Source of the DNA: an uncultured Candidatus Actinomarina sp.
GTDB taxonomy: Bacteria > Actinomycetota > Acidimicrobiia > Actinomarinales > Actinomarinaceae
Length of the DNA: 55,403 nt
Assembly: GCA_902627635.1 (NCBI GenBank)
Contig: CACOKA010000002.1
Location: 1 to 55,403 of the forward strand
Direction of reading: 5' to 3'
How positions within the stretch are numbered: the first letter of the stretch is position 1; every line of letters begins with the position of its first letter. Under the pieces are notes generated by a model. It had not been told where the DNA came from and ran no database searches. It worked only from the letters and a program-made list of their open reading frames with translations. The position numbers and the translations under genes were made by a program. Shown in pieces: positions 48,001 to 53,568 of this stretch.

Positions 48001-50329
48001 TGACACAGGGTCCGGCTACCTTCTTAAAGGAACTTATTCTGTTACTAATGGAACCCCAATGGTCCTGGAGTCTCCTAGCGTTCTTAGTGGTTCAAGTGTT
48101 AAATGGAAATATCGATTGGGACTTTCCAGTACATTAACTGGAAACTATACAGAGCTCGAAGCTTTATCGGTTAGTTGTATACAGACATCTGACGTTACAG
48201 CTGCTTTTGACGCTTGTACAAATCTAACCAGAGATTCCAGAGTCACGATTAAAAATACTGGATCATTAACCCAGTATTATCAACTCTTTTACTCAATAAG
48301 TGGTGGTTCTTATCAATTCCTAACAGAGGTAACTGTTGGAGTAAATCAGGAAAATACTTCTAATTATCAAAATTTAACCTCTGGACAATATATCAACTGG
48401 AAATGGAAGTCATCTATTGTTCAAGGTGATTTTGCTAATTCACAGGATAATTTCCTCACAAGATCTACGTCAGTGAACTGTATCGATGATAGCTTGTCAG
48501 CATCAGCAACCCCCACGTGTACCCCAAATGGAGCTACCTCAACGAAGACATCTGGATTTACAATTACAAGTAGTTCAACCGACTCAAAACAAGTTGAAGT
48601 TCAGTATTCAACAGATAGTGCTACCTATCTTGCAATGGGTACACATACTGTTAGTAGTTTGCAGCCGTATGTAGATAGTAGACCATTTACTACAAACTAC
48701 TACACCTATAGATATCGAATTTCTGGCACAACAAATTGGTCTCAACCAGTAGTCAGCGTAGCTCCATCAGACTGTTCTATAGTTACAAATGTTATCAGTG
48801 CATACAATACAAATGAATGTGTAGATGGTAGCTCATTTGCTAAATTGTCTATTGTTAACCCCGGTCAAGTTGCAACTGTAATTTATGACATCAATATCAA
48901 TAACGCAGGTTGGCAGAGTGTTGGATCACCCTCTGTAAATGGTACGTATACTTCACCTGGAGGAGTAAAAATACCAGCAAATACTCCTTTCCAATGGAGA
49001 TACAAACTAGCTACTGATACAGATTATAAATTCGTTCCCGGCACAGGAGACGACTGTTCTCAAGCTAACGCAATTACTGCTGTTACAGAAATTATATGTC
49101 CTATTGACACCAGTAGTAAATCAGCAAAATTGCGAATTATAAATGTTGGGCCTCAATCAGTTAGTGCGATGTACAACTACTCCATCAATAATGGACCTTC
49201 ACAGTCTGGTCCAGCACCGGTTCCAATAAATCCAACTTCATCGAATTACTCTATTGAAGTTCCTTTAAATGATGGAGATCAAATTGTATTTGAATATAAG
49301 CTCACAAGTGACGCAAGCTATCAACAAACACCGGCTAAATCAACTTCAGAATGCGGAGATGGTTTAATCTCAAATCCTCAATTGATTCAAACTATATCTG
49401 AATGTACTGAAAGTGCTGCCGTATCTACAGTAGAAATGAGAAACCTATCTGATCAAGTTAAGACATTTTATCTTGAATATAAATTAAATAATGGACCATG
49501 GACTAGCTATGACACAGTCACAGTTAACGCATCAAGTCCTGTAACGAGAAAATTAACGGTATCTGACAATACGACTATACAGTGGAGAGCAGTTGAAAAT
49601 AGCTTTACACAGTTCGACCTCAACTCTCCTTATCAGTTATCTCAAGCAGAAACAGTTATATGTCAGTCAGTCACTACTACAACATTGCCACCTGTGAAAT
49701 ATATATTCGAGCCAATTGTCTCAACTAACAGGGTTTGTGACTTCGAAGACGGTGGAGCAGAGTTTGGTATTACAGTAGATAATTCAAGATCTAATGTTTC
49801 TGCAAAAGTACTTAAGAAAATCTGGATCAACACAACACTCATTGCTCAAGAGACTGTCAACGTCCCAGCAGGCCAAACAATAGATTTCTCCTCTATAGAA
49901 GTAGGAGAAAATAAATTCTTTACAGTTGCTCTTGAAGTAACAAACAATGAAAATGGTAAAGTTCAAAAAATGATTAAGAACAAGGATGCTGATTGTATCG
50001 AAGATGAGCGTCCAATTAATGAGGAACAGAATCCTATCGATGAAGTAGAAGTTACTGAAAATACAGATAATGTTATGGAAGGTGATGGCGACGATCAAGA
50101 AATGGAGGATAATGGTGAATCACTCTTGTTCCTTCCAGGTGATGATTTCGTTGAATTTGTTTATATAGAGGATGCATCGAATCCATTTACACCACAATTT
50201 ACTGATGATTCCCCTCCAACACCAGGAATACCATTTACAGGTCGAAATGTTGGTGGTTTAATCATTTCATTTGGATTGATGCTAATCGGATTTGGTGCTT
50301 TTATACTAAGAAGAGCATTCAAATTTTAG
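39092..50329 (+). CDS. Giant (3745 aa) sortase-anchored modular cell-surface protein
   Basis: Uninterrupted 11.2-kb ORF. It has an N-terminal hydrophobic signal-like segment, a ~280-aa unique domain, ~29 Cys-bracketed modules, an acidic stalk, and a C-terminal IPFTG plus hydrophobic stretch plus RRAFKF. Confidence 0.9.
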   Translation: MLLGSMRNKYIYWYLNFASYINSSTIKKILKTTTYIALFSIVFITSWAVPQEEASANSNWQCNDAYARAYFYKLDWDYSSTSFTIDQYVATETTTIQRTTVTVDFSSTSNIAGTVKGINALAMSPTGVMYVTITSDGHGTHLFTINRDTTTSTTATLTPLAHIADYQQVGDNNFYSGVNGYYGFSSGDYVVNANGNDQIYMAQAGFEHGYIYNVATGGVTTFSDPGMVTPINAADFSYIGSWDGYEIATYNALANKVILYDKDNNTISEVTPTNSAFSNVSATLASYSYKTPEGEIRFIIDDGLGNRFEVKRLGTNSYTVEQKGTTFTTDNSDGASCGPNAYDPFGPTFKTSLGTCASGYQQPSLLITNNRGTTQYFDVQYRISGGSWVDLLNGEEITPNGQFPASGIPQVYSGQTVEFQMRYGSSNPSSGNFYTVGDLLTGSGCGDYAAGTVSTSAGTCDGGSSTPSVTLTNTGTVTTYFDVQYKIGNGSWTTFIDGEAVSAGSPETISMPVSVINGQQVQFQYLFANANPTATTGFTAATSRTIDCPTYSATITATPGASCTNDFLYHTVTVNNTGNTTMWFAVAERDYRGNANFDWIDSQRQIPAGESAVWNTRLVYNGTTPEYKMVYGTYRYQYQATDLSNVGHTEGTFTQRQNGSYLKSGDSWVRWTANSPVDCDWWGNGGAGTNSSNNYTLVSQSTSQICDGSGNATIRLTVTNFNASNDAYAGFIDVQWSTNNTNWVDVVDGRALADGESITFESPEQIATSSTGYFRYRIAATNPTDSTTNASWAVFSREANCIASYSLSASFSECSATGQYSTLSITNNESQTLYFRAVPTRNDTYYDYSSANGLNYDFNSEAITFSVPANSTLTYDASNSPNMRKLYPDGAYGYMQWIVQGSYIETPDWTNTTAYPYELTNGQIHQCIPDITASYDVTACSSAGQTSTLTITNNESQTIYFKVNPSRTASTLSGSSSYNLNYLTSDATTFSVAANTTYVHTSGAKNYAVNEDAYMFWRIQKSYSENPTWNTQAYPYQYLSSPTSGLSYHHDCDLNVDPHNDYNYQYETRPSNEQNSCVDNKQWMGWVLYNQNYNDANRTSLWYAFEVSIDNGANFNTNNLFYRMDDTFHDNDYFAVNNGSGSLSADGYTAVQATNNLNMANSSNNRYIYLSTRAVSGSIMKIRYKVAYAENELGTTEWITLGNHNKTTEQRTTDCEPEINSSGWGTTTTTDSANDTFSDLVTIGECQNTIETGGFALSTLTLTRPSGVQYYLNLWQSTDSGSNWTPIETNYAMGSTYTKELTVNHAGKIKYKFQFSYISGDFSNSNTYYSAEKTVNCPTVGASTASIALGTCVTGGATPTITIGNNGWATGYFHIQYSTDLGQNYTDAFYDPNNGNATLYQMILPGEVKTYTIQDTIPQGTTVVMQYRYAATSPPTGAFTTTNTVLIDCSSDVSSVTFEQNTTPEQCFNGSQQLRINYTNSSSTTNYFYYKINKNSQGYDTNWSVATLNANTSNGSVTLPESYGDNDTVLIKYHIESTEGGSYGTEVINDLITIDCGTEDFFTVSTDYVSCNLYGADKLEFKFQRNSTSASFNYNSYIHIEAEISHDGNIWKPLGRMQYSNQSTGSWFSSSGTKGNLNDTHPTYWGYIRPSNFSTGHHVSGVILTDSTHQYQIRYRTYSSTTNNLTMGNFTGVFTTLTIPADTNCDQNDVEPVTLITTQLTCLENKGQVEFTFNDTTVTHLDPYQAARLFYQYSTNGGVTWSKHIDQRAALSNTTTINLPGVKVTNGTVLKMKWGYVRDHSMPYTSNSYTTYHNTYSSSNLNARQFDYIGGLTSTGSYYEHYRVDDSSNEFNANFMSHNMVNTVDVSVDCDPDSTYSQTLTTCECNDLGATSTLEITNNDNYTSYYKVEYKIGNGQWVSATDSLESAFDISVSGGSTNDSLSKFVPDGETIQWRIKDTTNGGDFDGQEWEEVTASATIDCGCAGGSVDINVGTSTCGNGSSTPIINLVPSSSDTAYFTVQYKRNTDNDWVSFKTSESVTNGQTENHTMQVTVVHQGTIQVRYKVNKILSNLNAQEWNYTDTKTINCPYSLVTVEAQYSSCGSNFRAATFKVTNTGASTSAAKFRVQYKIVTPTTTVTDWTNSSLIDTVVAPGASQVSSDNIQITEGQKIIWRYESVNTSADFLNNWTEDDTSGYVNCVINVTVTNSMGSCDNGSQTATLNVTNDETNNTVYFKVHYKTGNTWILKDPNLEVGSSFTNRTLTVDVPHDKNIQWKYQVSNTPNDYANAEVVELTASATVDCVILDATGSSAFGSCISGQRRSTFTMQNSSSANDGAYFYVQYDLSGDNQSWQYHTSGQANFVGVGAQNVIHQSVPNGETIQWRYYPMTSATAPAESDWINESTQTPEDCSLDTLISHTLDTCISNSQVSNFVLTNNTAGEVHYHVQYFIEGTSAYADADNDLILSAGSPQGFTQTVASGKYIQWRYKAATSNAGLASATWVDHTDNSAFKKTINCENIDPSVVQSFGLCYNDTKNVKFIIKNSSSATTSAYFKVQYKIGSGEWIDKSDQEISVGGQFSHSQNVPAEQTIQWQYKVAKTQADLPTGWTTLNATTITCNGEDISITMDPACDANGYKTSKLNIFNSSSGNLYYQAQYTFEGANSNNWTTAAEQVVVSTGNSTFVPISVQQGQAITWRYKVSETGNDFDSLTWTTPPTSEVVDCTGVSISTPYTSLSQCVSGAKTSTFNYSTLSNSANAAYFHIQYRIDGGAWINKVTSSDGTLAAGQSNSVTHSVTSGSTIEWQYKAAYNTTALTNASFISLAAGAEEVDCGVQLTVSHGFSTCTNQTATSTLLLKNTGATPMLVTVQSKLNTGDWATEVSTFEITAGNEISLDKTIVSGQTISWKYKYAGTVVKLTSASETTMDTIPALDCETPILNQVAVSNVLKECVAGKRISELTFTNNSNETVYVEALYDTGSGYLLKGTYSVTNGTPMVLESPSVLSGSSVKWKYRLGLSSTLTGNYTELEALSVSCIQTSDVTAAFDACTNLTRDSRVTIKNTGSLTQYYQLFYSISGGSYQFLTEVTVGVNQENTSNYQNLTSGQYINWKWKSSIVQGDFANSQDNFLTRSTSVNCIDDSLSASATPTCTPNGATSTKTSGFTITSSSTDSKQVEVQYSTDSATYLAMGTHTVSSLQPYVDSRPFTTNYYTYRYRISGTTNWSQPVVSVAPSDCSIVTNVISAYNTNECVDGSSFAKLSIVNPGQVATVIYDININNAGWQSVGSPSVNGTYTSPGGVKIPANTPFQWRYKLATDTDYKFVPGTGDDCSQANAITAVTEIICPIDTSSKSAKLRIINVGPQSVSAMYNYSINNGPSQSGPAPVPINPTSSNYSIEVPLNDGDQIVFEYKLTSDASYQQTPAKSTSECGDGLISNPQLIQTISECTESAAVSTVEMRNLSDQVKTFYLEYKLNNGPWTSYDTVTVNASSPVTRKLTVSDNTTIQWRAVENSFTQFDLNSPYQLSQAETVICQSVTTTTLPPVKYIFEPIVSTNRVCDFEDGGAEFGITVDNSRSNVSAKVLKKIWINTTLIAQETVNVPAGQTIDFSSIEVGENKFFTVALEVTNNENGKVQKMIKNKDADCIEDERPINEEQNPIDEVEVTENTDNVMEGDGDDQEMEDNGESLLFLPGDDFVEFVYIEDASNPFTPQFTDDSPPTPGIPFTGRNVGGLIISFGLMLIGFGAFILRRAFKF
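40100..49996 (+). repeat. About 29 divergent protein-level tandem modules (roughly 95-190 aa each) delimited by Cys residues
   Basis: Hand count of the recurring pattern C-x2-G-x2-[ST]-x-[LF]-x-[IV]-x-N...YF-x-VQY-[KR]-x3-G-x-W...G-x2-I-x-W-[RQK]-Y-[KR]...[DN]-C, from Cys337 to Cys3635. I saw no long identical DNA repeats. Confidence 0.7.
50228..50326 (+). other. Cell-wall sorting signal (IPFTG, hydrophobic segment, basic tail)
   Basis: IPFTG-RNVGGLIISFGLMLIGFGAFIL-RRAFKF at the extreme C-terminus, with a sortase gene immediately downstream. Confidence 0.7.
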
Positions 50330-51988
50330 ATGGCATATTTTTTTATATATTTACTGATAATAATTATCAACATCTTTGCTGTTCTATTTGTATTAAAAAT
50401 TAGAAGAAAAAGATCAAATGATCCAGATGTCATTTCAGATGCAACACTTTTAGAAGAAAATTCAATCGAACCAATAAAAGCTAGAAGGCCTTTTTCACGT
50501 TTCAAAAAAGAAGATCCTAGTACAAATATTTTTGTTGAATATGAAGAAATTGAAGAAGATGTAGCTGAGCAAATATTTGATGGTAAATTTCTAGATATTG
50601 CTGTAAGCGAAAAAATTGTAACAAAAAAAGGTAATTGGTTTTTATATGGTGAAGAAAAACTCGGGTATGGCAAAGAAAAAGCTAAATTATATTTGCTTGA
50701 GAATCCTGATATAGCAACTGAAATAAGGGATCAATTAAGTAGTGCGAAAGAAATAGAAAATTTAATAAACCAAAAAGACTTAAAAAAAATAAATTCTGAT
50801 GATTCCGGAAATGAAATAAATCTATCTTCAGACGAAATTGAAAATCAAAAATCGCTAAGTTATGTTAATCAGAATTTTGAAGTAGAACTTTCAGAAATTT
50901 ATGTAAAATCAAATATTTTAAAAAAAGTTCTTGAGAATGCTATCGGCACAGAAGTTATTATCAGTGTAGACGTAGGTGAGAGATTTAATCCTTTAATTGC
51001 TGAGCCTGATAATTTCACAGAAGACATCATGACAATGCTAAAGGAGATAGACTATCTAACATCTGCAGTCAAAAATATATCTAAAAATGCAAAGTACTTA
51101 GGAGTTGATGTAACAAAAGAAATGTTATTAGAAAAGTTGGCATTGATGACATCTGATCGATTTTCTATTGTCTTTTCAAAAAAACCAGTTGAGAAACACA
51201 GAAACATTCCAAGACTTAAATTTGATTTACCACTAAAAAAAAACCGAAAACAAAGAGAAGTAGCAGAATCTAAAAAATCATTTGAAAGTACAAATACAAG
51301 ATCACTTCTCCCACTTGGTGTAGGTCTATTAATAGTTGGTTTTTTAATTTTGATTTATTCAATTAATCAAACATTTTTTTCTACTTCAGTGATAAATGAT
51401 GAGCAATATCTATTAGAAAATAAATTTAATGTTAGTGATGTTAAACTTTCTGAATTAAGAAATAAAAACATCGCGACTGATAGTTCATTAAATAATTTAT
51501 CTCAAACAGATGAATTTCAAGAGTCTGTCATCTCAATTGCAACAAAAACACTTACTAATCAAGCAGCAAAGGCAAAGTTTCTTCCAGATGTTGTTGGAAG
51601 GTTAACAATCCTATCTGCAAATATAAATCATTATGTAGTCTTTGGGGCAACGAGTAACAAATTAGAGTATGGACCCGGTTATATACTTGGAACTGCACTT
51701 CCAGGTTCGGGAGGAAACTTCGCAATTGCTGGACATAGAACTACATATGGTGCACCTTTCGGCAATCTTGATAAAGTTCAGATTGGTGAAACAATAATAT
51801 TCCAAACAAATACAAATCAATATGAATATCGTGTTGTAGATGTGAAGATCGTCTCTCCCGAAGATAATTATGTACTTGAGAACTATGGTGACGACAGAAT
51901 AACGTTAACCACATGTCACCCAAAATTCTCTGCAAGAGAAAGGCTTGTGGTTATTGGACAACTGGAAAGGGTAGAGGTATTTGGATAA
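50330..51988 (+). CDS. Sortase-family transpeptidase with a long N-terminal extension
   Basis: The C-terminal ~190 aa carry a sortase triad context: AIAGHRTTYGAPF (His), ITLTTCHP (Cys529, nt 51914-51916) and ARERLVV (Arg). Two TMs sit at about aa 3-24 and 327-350. The ATG directly follows the giant-gene stop. Confidence 0.85.
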   Translation: MAYFFIYLLIIIINIFAVLFVLKIRRKRSNDPDVISDATLLEENSIEPIKARRPFSRFKKEDPSTNIFVEYEEIEEDVAEQIFDGKFLDIAVSEKIVTKKGNWFLYGEEKLGYGKEKAKLYLLENPDIATEIRDQLSSAKEIENLINQKDLKKINSDDSGNEINLSSDEIENQKSLSYVNQNFEVELSEIYVKSNILKKVLENAIGTEVIISVDVGERFNPLIAEPDNFTEDIMTMLKEIDYLTSAVKNISKNAKYLGVDVTKEMLLEKLALMTSDRFSIVFSKKPVEKHRNIPRLKFDLPLKKNRKQREVAESKKSFESTNTRSLLPLGVGLLIVGFLILIYSINQTFFSTSVINDEQYLLENKFNVSDVKLSELRNKNIATDSSLNNLSQTDEFQESVISIATKTLTNQAAKAKFLPDVVGRLTILSANINHYVVFGATSNKLEYGPGYILGTALPGSGGNFAIAGHRTTYGAPFGNLDKVQIGETIIFQTNTNQYEYRVVDVKIVSPEDNYVLENYGDDRITLTTCHPKFSARERLVVIGQLERVEVFG

Positions 51989-53568
51989 TGAAAAAACTAA
52001 TTATTTCATTAATCTTTTTCTTTTCTTTTTTTAACGGTGTATACCCCAATGGATATTTAGATACAAATTTACATGATACTGATGAAGCAACTATTGAAAT
52101 AGAATCTGCGAGATTAGATGAAAATAATTTACAAATTTCATGGTTAGTTAGTGGTCTTGAAAATATTGATGAATTGATTATTTCAGTTCGTGAACTTACA
52201 TCTGATGGATTGCAAGGAGAACCATTGGAGATTATCGATTACTCTGAAAAAGGACAAGAAATTATTCAATGGGATGGGACTACAGATCTTTCGATAACTT
52301 TAAAAATTTTATCAACAAACTACACACAATATAGTGGACCGGACTGCGCTTCGGTTTATTGTTATAGAGATATTACTACTGAAATTACTTCAGATGAGTA
52401 TATAATTAACAAAATTCCTGATCTTCCTGTAATAACTACTACTGTTCCCGTCGATGATTTTATTATTGAAGAAACAGCAATTGATACATCAACAAATATA
52501 ACATTCACAAATGAGCTTATTACAACTATTCCACTCTTCAGTGATATTGATTTTTCAGATCAGGCTAAAAATGCTTTTGCATTTCTTATAACTTCTGGAA
52601 TTATATTTCTATTTTATGGAGTTTTACTAGCCCAGGAGTGGTTCAACAGAATAATTGCACACTATAGAGTCAGGTGGTCAAATCGTGAAAGCAAATTAAG
52701 AAATAAAACAAGGCTTGAGATAGCAATGGAGATAACGCTTGTGGCTCTAATTACATCTCTCTTGTATGCATTTGTTGAGGAGGGCTTCACATTTCAAGTA
52801 CGGCAAGAGAATTTAGCAATTTTTGTTGGTGTATTATTTGGACTAATTATTGTTACCTTCTTTTATGAGGGTATAGAATCTCTAATTGAATATTTTCTGT
52901 ATGACCAAATTGTGAAATTTGATTGGAATCCACAAGCCATGTTTTTTGCAGTACTCTCAACAATACTCTTCATTGTTATTGATCTTCCTTTTGGATTTAT
53001 TCTTGGTTTTATAGCAGCAATACATGTAGTTTCGAAGAGACCAAAAGCGGAATTGTCACCTAAATTTTATTCAATGATAAGTCTTTCAATTGTTGGATAT
53101 TTCTTCTTCTACGCAACATCATTTGAATCGGTTAGCTCTTCAGGTGTTTTAATGGCAATTTGCAAACTTACTTACTTAATGTGTTTAGAGGGAGTTATAT
53201 TTAAAGCAGTTCCTTGGGGAGGGAATGAGTTATTTGATGCAATTGGTGACTCAGATGGAATTTATCAGGCAATGCCAATTGTTAGCTTTTTGATAAGTAT
53301 CTGGCTATTTATAAGAATTCTTGTCTTACCACCTGACAGTGAGTTTAATGAATTACAACAAACTTTATTACAGAGTGGAGAGCTAGCTTACAGATTCATG
53401 CTTGTTTTATTAATTTATATATTCATAATTTTACTACTAGGTAACTTCATGAAAAAATATGCTGAATTGAATAGGCCTGCTGACTATGAAGAAAGTTTAA
53501 AGATTGATGATGAAGAAATTATAGATTTAATTGATGATGACCTTAGCGAATCAGTAAATGAGTGGTAA
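51988..53568 (+). CDS. Polytopic membrane protein with a signal peptide and N-terminal ectodomain, unknown function
   Basis: I prefer the ATG at 51988 (MKKLIISLIFFFSFF, a signal-like start; TAATG overlap with the sortase stop) over the listed 51913. A ~200-aa ectodomain is followed by about 7-8 TMs and an acidic tail. Confidence 0.6.
   Translation: MKKLIISLIFFFSFFNGVYPNGYLDTNLHDTDEATIEIESARLDENNLQISWLVSGLENIDELIISVRELTSDGLQGEPLEIIDYSEKGQEIIQWDGTTDLSITLKILSTNYTQYSGPDCASVYCYRDITTEITSDEYIINKIPDLPVITTTVPVDDFIIEETAIDTSTNITFTNELITTIPLFSDIDFSDQAKNAFAFLITSGIIFLFYGVLLAQEWFNRIIAHYRVRWSNRESKLRNKTRLEIAMEITLVALITSLLYAFVEEGFTFQVRQENLAIFVGVLFGLIIVTFFYEGIESLIEYFLYDQIVKFDWNPQAMFFAVLSTILFIVIDLPFGFILGFIAAIHVVSKRPKAELSPKFYSMISLSIVGYFFFYATSFESVSSSGVLMAICKLTYLMCLEGVIFKAVPWGGNELFDAIGDSDGIYQAMPIVSFLISIWLFIRILVLPPDSEFNELQQTLLQSGELAYRFMLVLLIYIFIILLLGNFMKKYAELNRPADYEESLKIDDEEIIDLIDDDLSESVNEW

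Noticed and set aside
39092-50329. The giant ORF as an assembly artefact from collapsed or expanded repeats
   Set aside because: The modules are strongly diverged at both protein and DNA level. I found no long identical stretches. The frame stays open for 11.2 kb and ends in a coherent sorting signal next to a sortase.
50326-50673. 115-aa minus-strand ORF antisense to the sortase 5' region. The same applies to antisense or alternative-frame ORFs such as 900-1109, 1498-1707, 3058-3327, 5307-5531, 6786-7058, 11969-12199, 14192-14569, 18140-18388, 25302-25643, 27151-27468, 31474-32036, 35707-36045, 49784-50098, 53667-53858 and 54903-55160.
   Set aside because: All lie wholly inside, or antisense to, well-supported genes. 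Their translations are low-complexity and AT-bias driven, with no recognisable motifs. ORF 11969-12199 overlaps the real prfB 5' exon.
50588-50737. The RecA-like segment as a decayed recA pseudogene
   Set aside because: No RecA ATPase core (Walker A/B, L1/L2 loops) is visible upstream in this frame or in any listed ORF. The segment is in frame within an intact membrane protein. I therefore treat it as a recruited domain pending a profile search.
51913-51987. Upstream ATG listed as the start of the 551-aa ORF
   Set aside because: It would add 25 residues (MSPKILCKRKACGYWTTGKGRGIWI) overlapping the sortase catalytic region in another frame. The ATG at 51988 gives a typical signal peptide and a TAATG stop-start overlap.
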